Assembly (NCBI RefSeq): GCF_025526975.1
Contig: NW_026515683.1
Coordinates: 434,001 to 498,000, forward strand
Reading direction: 5' to 3'
From: Fimicolochytrium jonesii
Taxonomy: Eukaryota
DNA length: 64,000 bases
Both the position numbers and the translations under genes were made by a program. Positions 1 to 14,648 of this stretch are shown here, piece by piece. A model generated the notes under the pieces. It ran no database searches and was not told the origin of the DNA. It worked only from the letters and a program-made list of their open reading frames with translations. The stretch's first letter is position 1. Each line of letters begins with the position of its first letter.

Positions 1-2311
1 AAAACGGGAAGCGCGAAGCAAACCAAGGCATATAAGGCTGGCGCACTGCTGTCCAAGAATATTGGGCTTGTATATGATCTGTTCAAGAATGCGCATAAGA
101 TGTCGTTCCCGCATGGCAACCCGGAGTTGATTCATGAACTCGGTCATGGAATGGCATACTTGAATGTCATGAAGGCGTACTTGACATGCGGCGCGGAGGC
201 TACTGATGCAAAGGAACTGGCCATTATGACTATCCTGGACATTGGTATGTGGTTCTTTTGTTTCCTCTTCTGGCCGGATCGGTTTCTCACTCGACTCTTT
301 CCGCAGAAAGGACGAAGGGCCTGACGATGTCTCGCGAACTACTTTCGACGCTGCATGAGAAAGGCGGAGTGCAGGCGACACCGAATGGCGCTACTGCGGA
401 GACCATCAAGAGTGAGCGTCTCCGATGTCAGTATCAGAACTATCTGCGCCAAGCCAACTGGACGATGACCGAGTTCTCCAACGAATTCCTCGAGATTCTT
501 CCATACGACTGGGTGGTGTGCTCCATATCTGTTGATCTAGAGCGAGAAGACATGTACGTTTCTCGGATGGAACGCGGCACCACCCCCATTGTCTTGCGCA
601 TGCCGCTTAACCGGCAAGCAATGCGCGACGCCGCTGAAGGCGGACTGTCGTACACCGATGTGGTCGATGAATTGAAGGTCATTCTGGAGGAAAGCAACGC
701 CACGACCCGCGACATCGCCACTTGCGTGACGAAAGACCAGAAACGGCAATGGTGGGATACTCGCAAGGCACTCGACACCCGCATCAAAGATCTGCTAGAC
801 CAGATAGAACTGTCGTGGCTAGGGGCGTTCAGGGGATTGCTGGCGACAGATCAATTTGACTCGTACCCTGTGCAAAATGCGTTGACTGCCTTCAAGAAAC
901 AGCTGGAAGCTATTGCATACAAGGCCGTGGGACGGAAAACTGTTCGTGGCAAGGCGGTCAAGATGCTTGAACTCGATGAAGGCATGTGCAAAATGCTTCT
1001 CCGACTAGGACCGAAGCCCCACTATGATGAGATCGAAGATGCGCTGTTTTACCTCTTGGACTCGTATCACTACAGTGGAGTTGGGATCGACTATGCGGAG
1101 CTTGAGATCTGTGCTGTAAGTACATTTTCCCAGGTTGCTGCTCTGGTAGGTCCACCGCAGTGGCGATGATTCTAATGTATACCGCTCCATTCAACAGCTC
1201 ACTGACGAGATCAGCGAAGCCATCGCCCAGTTCCATGAAGTGTATACCAACCTCAGGTCGACTTCACAGACCACAACGGCGCAAAAGCACGTCATCCTGA
1301 TACCAGATAAACATCTTCATATGATCCCATGGGAAAGCACGTCAGTATTACGAGGCGAACCGGTGTGCCGTGTGCCTTCCATCTTCAGTTTACGGGACAT
1401 CCTGGTGGACGTGGGCCATGGCACGAGACGAGCACTACGCGCGGGGGAGGATGAGCTTCGGGGAAACGGAAAGGATGGAGGCCGGGACGAGACGTGGTCA
1501 CGGTTGAATGTTGATCCGACCAATGCGTACTATGCGTTGAACCCCAGTGGAGACTTGGTGCATACTGAAAAGACATTCAAGGAAATGGTGACGAGGTGAG
1601 CGCATGGTGATGACATTGACATTCAAAGGGTGTGGTTCGGGCTAGATGCTAAGCGGATTCCATCCGCAGTCGAGCGGCATGGGAGGGCGTAGTCAGCAGC
1701 ATCCCCTCCGAAGACGATATCGCATCAGCCCTCGAGTCCAAAGACATGTACATGTAAGTACCCCGTCATGCCCAATCCGTCCAAGCAAAACCCTCTGTCT
1801 CACCCATCTGACGGACGTCCTTATTCGAACTCCTAGATACTTTGGCCACGGCGGTGGGAACCAGTACATCCGAGGCCACCGCATCCGCCAACTATCCCAG
1901 AGTTCCGTGGCGCTGCTCTTCGGGTGCAGCAGCGGATACCTGAAACCTGCGGGAGAGTACGACCCGCATGGCGTACCATTGAATTATCTGATGGGTGGAA
2001 GGTATGAGTATGCACGCCTCTGATTGCTCATCTCGATGCATTGTGCTTATACGAAATCTCTATTCCTTGTCAGCCGAGCAATCCTCGCAAATCTATGGGA
2101 CGTCACAGACCGCGACATTGACCGGTTTACGCTCAAGATGTTCGAGGAGTGGGGCCTCTCTTCTGAACCGTCGGATTCGGATCCGAACGCAACCGAGCGG
2201 CCAAAATCCATGGCCGAAGCCGTGATGCTTAGTCGGAAGGCGTGCAAATTCGGATACCTGACGGGCGCGGCGCCGGTGGTGTATGGCGTGCCTACGTATC
2301 TGAGGCGGTAA
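1..2311 (+). CDS. ESP1: Separase (peptidase C50), C-terminal part; multi-exon, 5' end lies outside the window
   Basis: Spliced ORFs give WWDTRKALDTRIKDLLDQIELSWLGAFRG, LHMIPWES..LRGEPVCRVPS, YYALNPSGDL, YFGHGGGNQYI (catalytic His), LFGCSSG (catalytic Cys), ANLWDVTDRDIDRF and YLTGAAPVVYGVP; stop at 2309-2311. Confidence 0.95.
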
Positions 2312-2520
2312 TTCCCTGAGAAATGTCATTTACAGGAGAGGCGCCGTGATTCAAATACAATAAGCATGACATGCAAAAGCGGCAAATTCTATTTGGCAAT
2401 GTGGAAACATTGTAGATACAATATGAAATATGAGAGTGAAAAGACTATGAAAAAGAGAAACCCAGGTCGACACAGCGCCTACAAAAAATGTTGGCTTTTG
2501 TCCCCAATCTACATACAACC

Positions 2521-5500
2521 CTACACAATCCTGTAGGTCAACTGCCCCGGGACGCTCAACTCAGCCTTCTTAACATCCTCCGCCTCAAATCCGTCCTGAC
2601 CCGCCTTCACATCCTCCGCCTTGAACACCTTCACCTCCTTCACCTTCAACACCGCCACCTCGCGACGAATGTAGTCGAGGTTCCTCTGAAGGACCTCCCA
2701 CTCGTCGAAATCGAGCTTGCGGTTGAACGCGGCGGAGGATTGGGATTGGGTGACGCTTTGCTTGATGGAGGCGATGAAGGGCATCACTTGCTTGTTTTTG
2801 ATGAGGGGGGTGGAGGCGAGGAGGGGCTTTTCGGTGTTTGAGAAGGTTTTTGTTTTCTGTTTTGTGCGGAATACACAAGACTGGGTCGGTATGCACATCA
2901 TTAACACGGAAAGTCTCAAATACCATACATACCTCATCATAAGTCGTTTTCAAAATCGCCACAGCCTCATCCTGCCACTTCGGGAACGCCGACGCGACAA
3001 ACAGGCGCAAGACGCCTTGTTTCTCGGCCGCGCCGTCGGCAGCACTGCCTTTCTTCTGCTTCTTGCGGGCGACCTGGTCTTCTGCGGACCGGATCTTGGA
3101 CGCGAGACTGCGGATGTAGGTTGCGGCGCTGAGGAGGGATGCGTCCGGGGTGCCGGTGATGGTGGGGAAGAGGGCGGATTTGATGGACTCGGGCTGGAAG
3201 CATTGAGAAGAGGTTACTTAGCAACAAGGTACAGTAAGAGAACGACCGAACTCCGCTGGGTGCTTGCTCACCTTCTTCAACAACTCCGACCACACAAATT
3301 CACACCAATGCGGCACCAAAGGCGCCAAAAGCAGAGCCTGCACCTCCACATACCGCCTCACCAAATCCCAATGCATACCCTCATAATCCTCTCCTTCAAC
3401 CGCAGCGATCCCCACACCCTGCCCCGTAGTACTCTTCCGGTACTCCGACCTTGCGTTGGTGAAATCGTAGAACGACACTTTCAGAGCCTCACGGTAATGC
3501 ATGCCCTCGTAGGCCGCCTGCGCGTCCAGGATGAGTTTATCAATCTCGGCCTGGAAGACGCGGTCGTTCCACGTGAACTCTCCCGTGCGCAGTTTGCCCT
3601 CGGCGCCGGTGGCCAACACCTCGACGATCCATTCGCGCTCGGTGTAGAGTTTCAAAATGGCGTCTTCGGCGGTTTTCATAAGGAAGTTGGCGTCCTCGAC
3701 ACCGTCGCCTGCGTCCGCAAGTGCGAACCGCGTCGCGTCGGCGCCGAACGTCATCAACGCGTCGCGGATGGTGAGGAAGTTACCGGTGGATTTGGACATC
3801 TTCTCGTTGTTGAGGAGCAAGTGACCGTTGGCGCGGATGGCTTTGGGCCAGTGCTCTTTGGGGAAGATGGCGGTGTGGTTGTAGATGAAGAAGGAAAGGT
3901 GGTTGGGAATTAGGTCCTTGCCGGAGACGCGGAGGTCGAGGGGATAGAAGTACTCGAACTCGCGGCGCATGGCGTCCAGGGTGGCTTGAGGGATTGCAGT
4001 GTTGGAGGGGGCGGGGCCGCGGAGCATGATGTAGTCCCATACGTCGTCGGTCATTTGCTCGGGCTTGATGTTAGCGGAGCCGGGTTTGGATCCGTTCAAA
4101 TTTCCACCTGGAGAATAACGCTTTTGATCAGCAACGATATATAACGATAGCTAGCGAGATTTTCGGACATACCGTGTAACATATGCGCAACAGTGTAGTA
4201 CGCCATGTAAATCGTCGAATCACTCAACGACTCGATCAAGTACTGCGGGTCCCAAGGCAGCTTCGTTCCCAACCCGAAGCTACGCGAGCAGGCCCACTGT
4301 TTCAACCACTCCAAGGTGCGCTCAAATTGGTTCCGCGTCTCCGGGCTGAAGAGCTCCATTTGAGACAAGCACTCCTCGGCCAACTTCCTCCATTGCTCTT
4401 CTCCGTAGTCCATGTACCATTGCGGGGCCAGAGTGACGACACATTCGTCGCCGGAACGGCTAATGACGAGGCCTTCTGGCTCGCAGTAGGGGAAGGCGAG
4501 ACCTTGTGCGATCAGTTCGTCGCGGATGAGGGGTTTCGCGTCTTGGACGGATCTGCCAAATGTGTGAATCAGTCAACAGGCCAGGGTGTGGAATCTGACA
4601 TATAAAGCATGTCCACTCACTTTCCAGCGTGGTTACCAATTATCATGGTACCCTGATAGAAGCCTTCCTTGTACACCTCAGCCTTGGCTTCAGCCAACTG
4701 CAGCTTGTCCTTCTGACTGTTGATCTTGTACTTTTTAACAGCAGTCTCCGCCGCGCGATCTCCATAGTTGGGAGTGCGGATGATGGATGGGAAGCTCTCG
4801 AAGAAGGGCTCGACCCATTCCGGTTGTACGTTGTAGTACGCGGCCTTCTTCTTCAAGTCTTGCAGGGTGATGTAATCGTCGGGAGAGTCGGATGGGACGG
4901 ATGTGACGACTCCAGTTCCCTGTTGACATAGTTTAACGTTAAAAAAGTGCTCCACGACCCCTCCCACTCATATGTCAAACGCACCTTGGTGACCAAGACG
5001 CCCTCCATGGGCAACGTGTACACCTTCTCATATGGTGCCAAAGGAGCCTTCAACGGGACACCGATCAAGTCCAATCCCTTGACTTCTCCGATTTTGGGAA
5101 GCTTCCCAAACTCCGCATCAAACAACTTCTGGTGAGCCATGTTCCTCGCGGACCTGTCCGTGCACACCCACGCCTCCTTGTCATTCACGGCGTAAATACC
5201 ATAAGTGATGTCCACGCCTACGTAGCAGTTGGTCTGTCCGTACATCGTCTCCGGTCGGAGGGTAGCAGCGACCAAGAACAAATCGCGAGCTCCCAAGGCT
5301 TTGACCAAGTCAGGGTTCTCAAGCGCCTTTCCAACAGGCACGCCCTTCACCTGAGCTCGTTCCGCCTCCGGTGTAGAGTTGATGTCCTTCAACAAGACCT
5401 GGAGCTTGATGCCGGTGTACTCCTGCACCCCCACACCTTCACCGCTAGCGCGATCGTGGTCCATGCAGGGCTGACCGTCCAAAGGCGAGTAGATGGTGTA

Positions 5501-6371
5501 GCGTTCCCCGAACTTAACCTTGGGCTCAGCGGTCGTCCTCAGCTTGTTGAACTGCCATCGGACAAACGCGTCAAAGTACGGGTTGACTTCTGTGGTCAAA
5601 AAGGATCTCCTCCAGTCGACTGATAATCCAATCGCCTTCAAGTCCTCGATGGCCCCCGGTGGGAAATAGTAGAGCCAGTGCATAGGATCTGCAAACTTCT
5701 TGATCTCCTCATTTGGGAGACCCATGGAGCGCATGATCTGGAACTGGTAAGTGAGACCGGTGTTTTTGGAAGCGGCTTTGCCATGCTTTTTGACGATCTT
5801 TGTGGGATCTGCGTTGGCGACGGGTGTGGCGGGTTCCTCGGGCTCGACGGCTTTTGGCGGCTCGACGTAGTTTTCGAAATCGGGACCAAACATGGCAATC
5901 TCCTTCTTCAGCTTGTCAGCACAAGCTTTGATGGGCATTCCAGTCACGTGGAAACCGAATGGGAACAAGACCCGCTTGCCCTTCAAACGCTCGTATCCGG
6001 AAGCGAACTCCAGCTTCGAGAAGGAAAATGAGTGGCCCAAGTGCAAGAGACCGTTCATGTACGGGAATGGGAAGGTTCCCATGAACTTTGGAGGACTGGG
6101 CTCGCCAGGTGCCGGCGCGTTGGCCTCAAAGACCTTCATTGCCTCCCATTTCTCCTGTGCCCATCTCTCCGTCTCCCGTGTAGCATCTAATTTGGCTGTA
6201 CTCTGGTATCGAGAGAGGAAGGGTCAGTCGCTCAGCTTCAAGATCACAGGGTCCAACCGGGGTTTGCCCTTTTCACACCTTTCTCGAGTCCAACATGTCG
6301 GCTGTTTTGGCAGCGGCGGAGACTGGTGCGGCCGCAACCGAGGCCGCTGTTGTAAGTTGTGCGTTGGTCAT
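2521..6371 (-). CDS. CDC60: Cytosolic leucyl-tRNA synthetase, multi-exon
   Basis: [14 protein letters not shown] (HIGH motif), [28 protein letters not shown] (editing domain), [35 protein letters not shown]. The ATG at 6371 is inferred from an exon joining by GT-AG to [19 protein letters not shown]. Confidence 0.96.
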
Positions 6372-6659
6372 GGTTACGGTGGAAGACTCTCTGCACCAGA
6401 TCGTGCGAGTAAACTGTGTGGTTACGGTGGTTTGCTTGAGAGACAATTGCAAAGTGCGGGACAGGCACTGTGGCCTTATACGAGACCAGGTGGGGAAGGC
6501 CAGCGTTGATACTTAACCCCAGAGATAGTCCGGGGTCTTTGTCTATTATATCACTTGGCGGAATCGAGGGTCGTTTCTACCGGCCTGTCTGTAGCAATGA
6601 AGCTCGTTTTGCTGTCGAGACCTTTTCGACGGGAAGCGACTGGGGGCGGAAGTGAAGCG

Positions 6660-6702
6660 GTGACTCACACACCTCATTTCAACTTGCGCTCCCACGTGAC
6701 TC
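6660..6702. promoter_or_regulatory. TGACTCA (Gcn4/AP-1-like) and CACGTG (E-box) motifs in the divergent LeuRS/SYF1 promoter
   Basis: GTGACTCAC at about 6660 and CACGTGAC at about 6693 are seen directly; function is inferred from yeast Gcn4 control of tRNA synthetase genes. Confidence 0.35.
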
Positions 6703-6876
6703 CGGCTGACTGAGGGTCAATTCAATCATTCACCGAGAGAAGCTTGCGTGGACCTGGATATGAACCCACAGAGATCACGACACAACATCTCTTTGCAAGT
6801 CCACCGGGTCCCCGACGGAGCCCATAGTAGTGCTTGCGAGCCGTCCGCGCCTCTCGATACCTCCCACTAAGCAACG

Positions 6877-9800
6877 ATGCCTTCGAAAGCTGCCGGTCGG
6901 GCAAAAAAGACGGCGGCAGCGACGGCGGTCAAGGCTCCCACCAACGGAGTCAAATCCACCACAGAGGCAACAGAAATAACAACGACAGAGCAATATCTGA
7001 ACCTCATTCAACCAGACGATATACGTGAGTCCTATCGCTCTGTTACGTCTATGAGTCCAAGTCCCCCGGATGCTAACATTCTTCGTTCGCAAAGCCCATG
7101 AGGAAGAATGCCTACGGAATCCCTACACCCTGAAGTGCTGGTTGCGATACATTGAGCACAAGAAGAAATCCCCTCTCGAACAACAGATCTTCATTTACGA
7201 GCGTGCCGTTAAGGAGCTTCCAGGAAGTTACAAACTATGGAAAGCATATCTTGACTTACGGGTCAATGTGCTACTCGACGCTGTACCGGACAAAGAGACT
7301 GGGCTCCGACAGCCGAAACGGGATCTCAGCGATAGGGAGTGGGAACGCGTGAATTATTGCTTCGAAAGGAGTCTGATTCTTTGCAACAAGTTCCCCGTCA
7401 TCTGGTTAAGCTTTTCCAACTTCCTGATGCATCAGCAGCGGGTCACACGGTGTCGACGGACTTTTGACCGCGCCTTGCGGTCTTTACCTGTAACGCAACA
7501 TGAGCGGGTATGGGAACTGTACCTGAGATTCGCAAAGGACGTTGGAGGGGAGACCGCCGTACGGATATGGAGGAGATACATAAAGCTGGAGCCGCAAGAG
7601 GCTGAAGAGTTCGTCAACGTCCTCTTGTCGCTCGAACCACAAAGGCATGGAGAAGCGGGACGGGTGCTCGCATCCATTGTGGAGAACCCAAAGTTCACAT
7701 CACGGAAAGGCAAGAGTCCCTATCAGTTATGGACTGAGCTCTGTGACCTCGTAACAGAGCCTCCGAAAGACGTCGAGCAACATGAACGGGCTGAGAAGGT
7801 TGATGCTGAACGCATCATTCGAAGCGGAATATCGAGATTCTCAGATCAGGTCGGAAGACTGTGGAATAGCTTGGCGAAATACTGGATGTTCCAACAGGAT
7901 TGGGAGAAGGCTCGTGACGTGTACGAGGAAGCCATCAAGTCTGTGAAAACCGTGCGAGACTTTTCCATCGTCTTCGATGCGTATGCCGCCATGGAGGAAA
8001 GTGTCCTGTCAAGAAGCATGGAAGAGCTGGCGAACGACCCGGAAAGCGCAGATGTCGATGACGTTGACATTGACCTCCGGTTGGCGCGTTTCGAAAAACT
8101 GATGGAGCGTCGTCCGTTTTTGGTGAACGACGTACTACTCCGCCAGAACCCTCACAACGTCCACGAATGGGAAAAGAGGGTGGATCTATGGAAGGAACGG
8201 GACAACAAAGCCAAGGCTATCGAAACCTACAAAGACGCCATCAAAACGGTACATCCGAAACGGGCCGCCGGCAAGCTGCACATGATGTACGTCCACTTTG
8301 CCGAATTCCACGAGCAGAACGAGGACATGGACGCTGCTCGTCAGGTTTTCGAGGATGCCACAAAGGTATCCTACAAACGGGCAGATGATCTGGCCGAAGT
8401 ATGGTGCCAATGGGCGGAAATGGAGCTCCGACATGAGAACTTCGAGGAGGCGCTGGAAGTCATGGGACGGGCTACCACCCCACCGAGGGGCAGCGCGGCT
8501 TTCCAGGGTTCCATCCGGTACTCGGACGAGAGTCGGGAGCCGCAGCAGCGGTTGTTCAAGTCCATCAAGCTCTGGTCGTTCTTTGTGGACCTGGAGGAAT
8601 CGATTGGAACGGTTGATAGCACTAAGGCGGTGTACGACCGGATTATGGAATTGAAGATTGCTACGCCTCAGATTATCATCAACTATGCGAGCTTTTTGGA
8701 AGACAACAAATGGTTTGAGGAGGTATGTACTGGAAAAGGCTGAACCGTAGCTCGACCCCAGAATCTAACGCCATGCTTCTGCAGAGTTACAAAGTCTACG
8801 AACGTGGAATCGATCTGTTCGGTTACCCAATCGCCTTCGACATCTGGAACATCTACCTCACCAAATTCATCGCTCGTTACGGCGGCTCTAAACTCGAGCG
8901 CGCCCGCGATCTGTTCGAGCACGCCGTAGACAAGGTCCCCGAAAAGTTCGCCAAACCCCTCTACCTCATGTATGCCAAACTAGAAGAAGACCACGGCCTC
9001 GCCCGGCACGCCATGCGCATCTACGACCGCGCCACCCGCGCCGTCGGCGACGACGACCGCTTCGAGATGTTCACCGTGTACATCGCCAAAGCCACCTCCT
9101 TCTTTGGTCTTACCTCCACCCGCGAGATCTACGAGCGCGCCATTGAGGCTCTCCCCGACAAGCAGGCGCGCGACATGTGCGTCCGGTTTGCGGACATGGA
9201 GACCAAGTTGGGGGAGATTGACCGCGCGAGGGCGCTGCTGGGTTACTGTAGCCAGTTTGCGGATCCGAGGATGGATCCGGAGTTTTGGAAGATTTGGCAT
9301 GAGTTTGAGGTTAAGCATGGGAATGAAGATACGTTTAAGGAGATGCTTAGGTATGTGAATTGTTGAGTGTGGGTTTTCGGTCACTGAGACGTTTGGACTC
9401 ATATTTGTCGATCATTTGTTCTTGTTTCTCCCAGAATCAAACGCTCCGTCCAAGCCAAATACAACACAGAAGTCAACTTCATTTCCGCGCAGCTCCTCGC
9501 CGCCCGCGCCGGGACATCAACCGACGCTTCCACCAACGGCACCGCAGCCGAAGGAGCTCCCCCCACCACAATGGCAGAACTCGAAGCCGCAGCCGTCCGC
9601 GAAGAAATGGCCCGCCTCGAAGATGAAGCCCTCGAAACGGCAAAGGGCGGAACCAGAGTCGTCGGGTTCGTACGCGCCAAAAAGACCGAAGTGGCTCCCA
9701 AGGGTAACACTTCCACTGAAGACGCCGCGGTTCCTTCCGCCGCCAACCCCGATGAAATCGAAATCGGCGACGACAGTGATAGCGACGCTGAGGCGGGAGA

Positions 9801-9972
9801 GGAGAATGGAGACGCGATGGATGTGGATGGCGTTGAGGAGAAGGAACCGGAGATCAAAGCGGGCTTGCAGAAACGCGCGATTCCGGATGCGGTGTTTGGA
9901 GGGCTGGGGAGTGATGCGGGGTTGGCGGAGGAGAAGTTGGGGGCTAAGGAGAGGTTTAAGCGGAAGCGGTAG
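6877..9972 (+). CDS. SYF1: Pre-mRNA splicing factor SYF1/XAB2 (HAT/TPR repeats), 4 exons
   Basis: EEECLRNPYTLKCWLRYI, YERAVKELPGSYKLW, NDVLLRQNPHNVHEWEKR, KLERARDLFE, FEVKHGNEDTFKEMLR, ANPDEIEI, and C-terminal GAKERFKRKR. Confidence 0.96.
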
Positions 9973-10564
9973 TTGGGGTTGGAGAGCAGGGGGGGGGAGT
10001 GGGAGGATGGGAGTGGGGATGTATATGATGTTTGTTTTGCGATTGCCGGGTTTTCAGTGGATTGTATTTAGCTGGTTTGAACATGACTTTTGAGATCTTT
10101 GGTGAATTATGTAGCTGTGGTTGCGATGCATGCATGCCACGGACGGGTCCAGCATGCTGCATACACGCACTCCCAGTCTCACAAATAAGTCCCTTGTCCC
10201 TGACTCGGATGATGTTCCTTGAGAGAACCTTGATTCTCCTCTGGTCTCCTGCAACTCTCCTGGACGGTGGGCGACGCGTTTGGGGGGGGCTGACGTGTTG
10301 GTTCCGAAATCGATGCTCTTCCAGACTTACGCACAGCCGCCCCAACCGCAAGATCAACCTCAACAGCGCCTCCGCTGCTCCCTATTCTCGCCCACCCAAG
10401 AACGACGCCGTCCTACCAGTACATAGTGCTGAACACGACGTCGCCCGCACTCGTAGCGAGCGTCCGCACCCTTTGGGAAAAGTTTCGTGCTTGTGAGCCC
10501 CGTGCTCCTTCTAGCGGGCTTTCCGTTCTCAACAACGTCTGCGGCCAGAAGAGAGCCTGAAAGT

Positions 10565-12444
10565 ATGAGCCAAGGACTATTGCTACGGACTGTAGCATTG
10601 GCCCTGGTGGCGTTGTCGACCGTGACGGGTCATTCTGCCCAGGATTCGTTTCCCGTCCACCACTCGCATGAATCGCCGCTACCGTTCAGCAATGCGTTCG
10701 TGTACTCGGACCTGGCTGCTCAGCCAGCGTTTAAGGTGCTTATGGAGTACGATGCTTTGATATCAGAGGCGGAAGCTGTAGCACGGCAAAAGGTTGGGGA
10801 GCTGCTGTGTCCCTTAAAACTGTGTTCGTGAACTTTTACTGATCTCCGACTGGCTTTTCGCGTCGATAGAGTGACCCAAATGCGGTGCTCCTCCCGATAC
10901 AGCGGCCGTCGGGCAAGCTATACTATTTATGCCAGACCTCACCCCAAACAGCAACGCCTGACGTTAGACTACAGCCACTAGAAGCGATCTCTCCCGCTGT
11001 GTACGCCAGTAGATTACGGCAAACCTTGAAAGCTGTGCAGGGCCTAGACCGCAAATGTCTGATATATACCCAGGGATGGTGGGAATACGAATACTGCCAT
11101 CTTCGCCATGTCCGGCAATACCACCGCCCGGCGGAGAGGGATCCCGCCTATCCGAACGCAGAAGGGCAGAGACTCGACTACATCCTCGGTCGACCGCCGG
11201 TGCCAGCATCACCCCCACCAAGCGGCGGCGTAACAAGTTCCTCCGTCCCACAGAAGGGCGCGGAAACCGGCGACCAACCCATCCCCGGCATGGATTCGAG
11301 CGCACTGATCGAATTCGACGAGGAGGCCCGCCACTACCTCCGCATGCGCTGGACGCACGGCGGCGTCTGCGAGATCACCGGCAACCCTCGCCAAATCGAG
11401 GTGCAGTTTCACTGTTGCCACAACGACCACATTGCGTCCGTGCGCGAAATGGCCGTCTGCAACTACGTCATGATCGTGCATACCAAGCGCGTGTGTGGTC
11501 TGCAGTGGTTCAGAGGGAAACACGAGAATCTCAGAGGCGGCGCGGAACAGAACAGTGCGGGTGCGCAGGCGGGCGAGGTTGTGTGTTCACCGGTTAGGAG
11601 CCATTCGGGGCCGCTGGCGATCTCGAGGGAGGAGCTCGCCTCCGTGCTCCGGAATGAACGACAAGGCGACATCCTCAAATCTCAGAATATCCCCGACCAC
11701 CCAACCACCTCCCACTCAAAAGACTCGATCCAAACCGCCCAAACATCCACCTCCCCCGCTTCATCCACTGACCCACACGACGACCACCACCCCGGCGCAG
11801 CCCCGCGGAACGCGCCCCTCGAGCTTGCAGAAGGCTTCTCCTTCCTCGACGAGCAAGACCCGATCGAGCAGCTCCTCAACGCCGTGCTGTACGACCAGGG
11901 GGAGTACGACGACGAGTACGATATGTTTGCGGATGCGGATGAGTATCGATTGCTGGATGAGGAAGGTGGGGAGATCGCTGCTGAGGAGTTTGGGGTGGGA
12001 AGTGGTGGTACGCTGGAGAATGATGGTGGTGGGGATCATCGTGGGCCCCGGACCACCACCGGTAATACCAACCGCCCACCCCCCACCGACCCAACCCGCC
12101 GCGCCCGCCGCGCCGACAAACTGCACACCCTTCTCTCCTCCTCCCCCTCCTCCCCCGACGACGATCCCGAAGAAGACATCTACACAACCGCTCTCGACGA
12201 GCTAGACGAGCTCACCGACGCCGAGTTCGACTCGTTAATCGCGGAATGGGCGCAGGTGGTGTTGGAGAGTCAGAAGGCTGCGGAGGCGAGGACGAGGCGG
12301 AGAGAGGGAGCGGCTGCTGCTGCTGCTGCGGGGGGAAGGGAGGGAAAGGAAGAGGAGCAGGGGAATGGGAAGAGGAAGGGGTCGAATACGATTAGGATTG
12401 TGAGGGCTGTACCTGAAGTCGCGGGCGGGGGTGAGGTCAGATAG
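10565..12444 (+). CDS. OS-9/Yos9-like ER lectin (MRH domain) with signal peptide and acidic tail
   Basis: Signal peptide MSQGLLLRTVALALVALSTVTG; MRH-domain motifs CLIYTQGWWEYEYCH..VRQYH, GGVCEITGNPRQIEVQFHC and VREMAVCNYVMIVHTKRVC; one intron at about 10793-10869. Confidence 0.85.
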
Positions 12445-14648
12445 ATGCGGGGGTGAGTGGACGGTTTGGGATTGTGGTTGGGACTGACATTTGTATGGTT
12501 TTTTTGTACATATCGTTTGGGATTGGGAGAATGAAACGTGAGATGCGACACGAAGATGTCTCAGGCTGTCGATTTTTGACAAGGAAACACCACGTGTCGT
12601 TTTGGCTTGCATTGCGAGCTGACCTTGAGCAGGCGACTGTCTGAGAGAACGGTACTCGAGCTAAACAAAGCGACGGAAAAAGCTGAGCCCTGATAGACGG
12701 TCTGAGACCATTGGCTACAAATCCAAGAAGCATCGAAGCCAGCGCCTTTCGTCAAAACCTCGGAACTCGGACTGCTTCTGGCATTGCTGTTTCCCCAAAC
12801 CTGTCCGGATGCGGTTACGATGGATGCACGCTTACCAAGCCCGTCGATGTCGAGATGGGGCCTTCATCATGATGTCAACCCACCCATCGGATCACTAACG
12901 CAGGTGTTGGGCTGTCCAAAATTACGGCGCGAGGAGAAGCAGGCCAAACTACAAACCGGACGGCGACGTAAACATGGGTTGGATGGACATCCGCAGCGGA
13001 AATGGCGGAAGCTGCAGGCACGGAGGGGGACGGTGGAGATCCTAAGCGCGGAACAGAGAAACAGGATCATGTTTCTTTTCTTTGAAGCCACCACCCTTTC
13101 GGCTTTGAAACCTCCCGCATTGAGCATCGGTACTCACATAGCTATTCAGGAAAGGCACATCACGCTCGAATATCGAGCTTCGAAGGCGTAGGCATTATCC
13201 TTCCCGTAGTTCCCGTCCGTGGAGGATGAGCCTGACAGAGCGTGCTGATTGAGGGCACTTGGTCGAATGCTTTCAGAGGATTCCCTACTGTTGAAGCACA
13301 GATCGCTTGCATTGACGGAACGGAGGATGAGCTGCCTCGCTGCATCGAGAATGCATCGCGGCTTGACAAACTGTCAAAAGGGCCACACGAGTGGCGTCCC
13401 TGGTGTTCTCTCCTCCCTTAGTAAAGCGCTGATCATGAAAGAAAGTTGGCCCAGCGCCAGTTCTTGCTAATGGCAAAAGAGAATGTCTCAAGGAAACAGT
13501 AAAATAGGTTTCGAACTCTTATTCAGGCTCTGTTAATAATATGACTGAAGCTCATCAGTACGCGGTGGCCTTACGCCCAAACCTAAGCTGTCAGAACGCG
13601 CTTATGTAAGCAAATCTCCGACCGCCGACATCCGTTAAAATGACAGTACCTGAAACCTATGCATCTTCGGTTATTGCAAGTCGCTCAAGCCTTCGCACAA
13701 CCCCATCCGAGCTTCAGAACCATGGGGGTTGACGATCAGAAAGCCGATGTAGGTTTCCTGCAATACGCTTATCCGTTTACCACTCATACTTCTACCGAGC
13801 ACTGACCACCCTCCGCTTGTAGCGCCGGACAGCGTACGTTTTTGGCGGGTTACCCCCCGGCAACGGACTGCTGCATTACCTTCAATTCCGACGCAAGGAG
13901 ACTGGGCCGTTAAGCCTACGAAAGGCCGATGAACATATGAGTTACAATAAGGGCTTACTGAAAACGCAACTAGACGAACATACGTCCGATGCAGAACGAA
14001 CAAACGCATCGACACGTTTGGGTAACTTCAAGGCAAGTTTCAAATCTCATCTCTATTTGTGTTAGTTTGAGGCTCTTGGCTTGGGGCTACGTGCCGATTC
14101 CCCTGTTTGGGATATGTACTTAACGGGGATTAGAGGGGCTGGGACTACGAATCATACCAGTCCTTGCTGCATATTACCTTCGGTGTGCCGAGAGAAGGGA
14201 TATAGACTACGCGTCTCCCTCTGCGCATACTCTTTCTGTCACTGGACAAATGGGTCTATACTCGATTGAAGAATGAGCTACGGGCTCGATGCGTCCTCCA
14301 AAAGAACGCGGGATTTATGCTAAACTCGTGCAAATACCGCTGATACTAAACATCTGCATTCTTTTGAATCTTCGCAAAACTGCAGCGGGATAATAACGCG
14401 GATGTAGACGCATTCTGGGACGACATATCGAAGACAAATGCAGAAACCGCACGGCAGCAGGAAGCAGAGATCCACAGAAAAAAGCTCGAGAAGGAACAAA
14501 GACGCCGTGAGCATGTCATCGTAAGCCACCACCATGATGAGATGAGAACCTGGTGCCACCATCATATTCACTTTGAAATTATCAGGAGAAAAACATCACA
14601 TCCAATATTAGGTCGTCGAAAACACAGCTGGACGCCGCTCGGCAACTC

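Noticed and set aside
2717..3913. 398-aa plus-strand ORF
   Set aside because: Antisense shadow of the GC-rich LeuRS exons; no motifs
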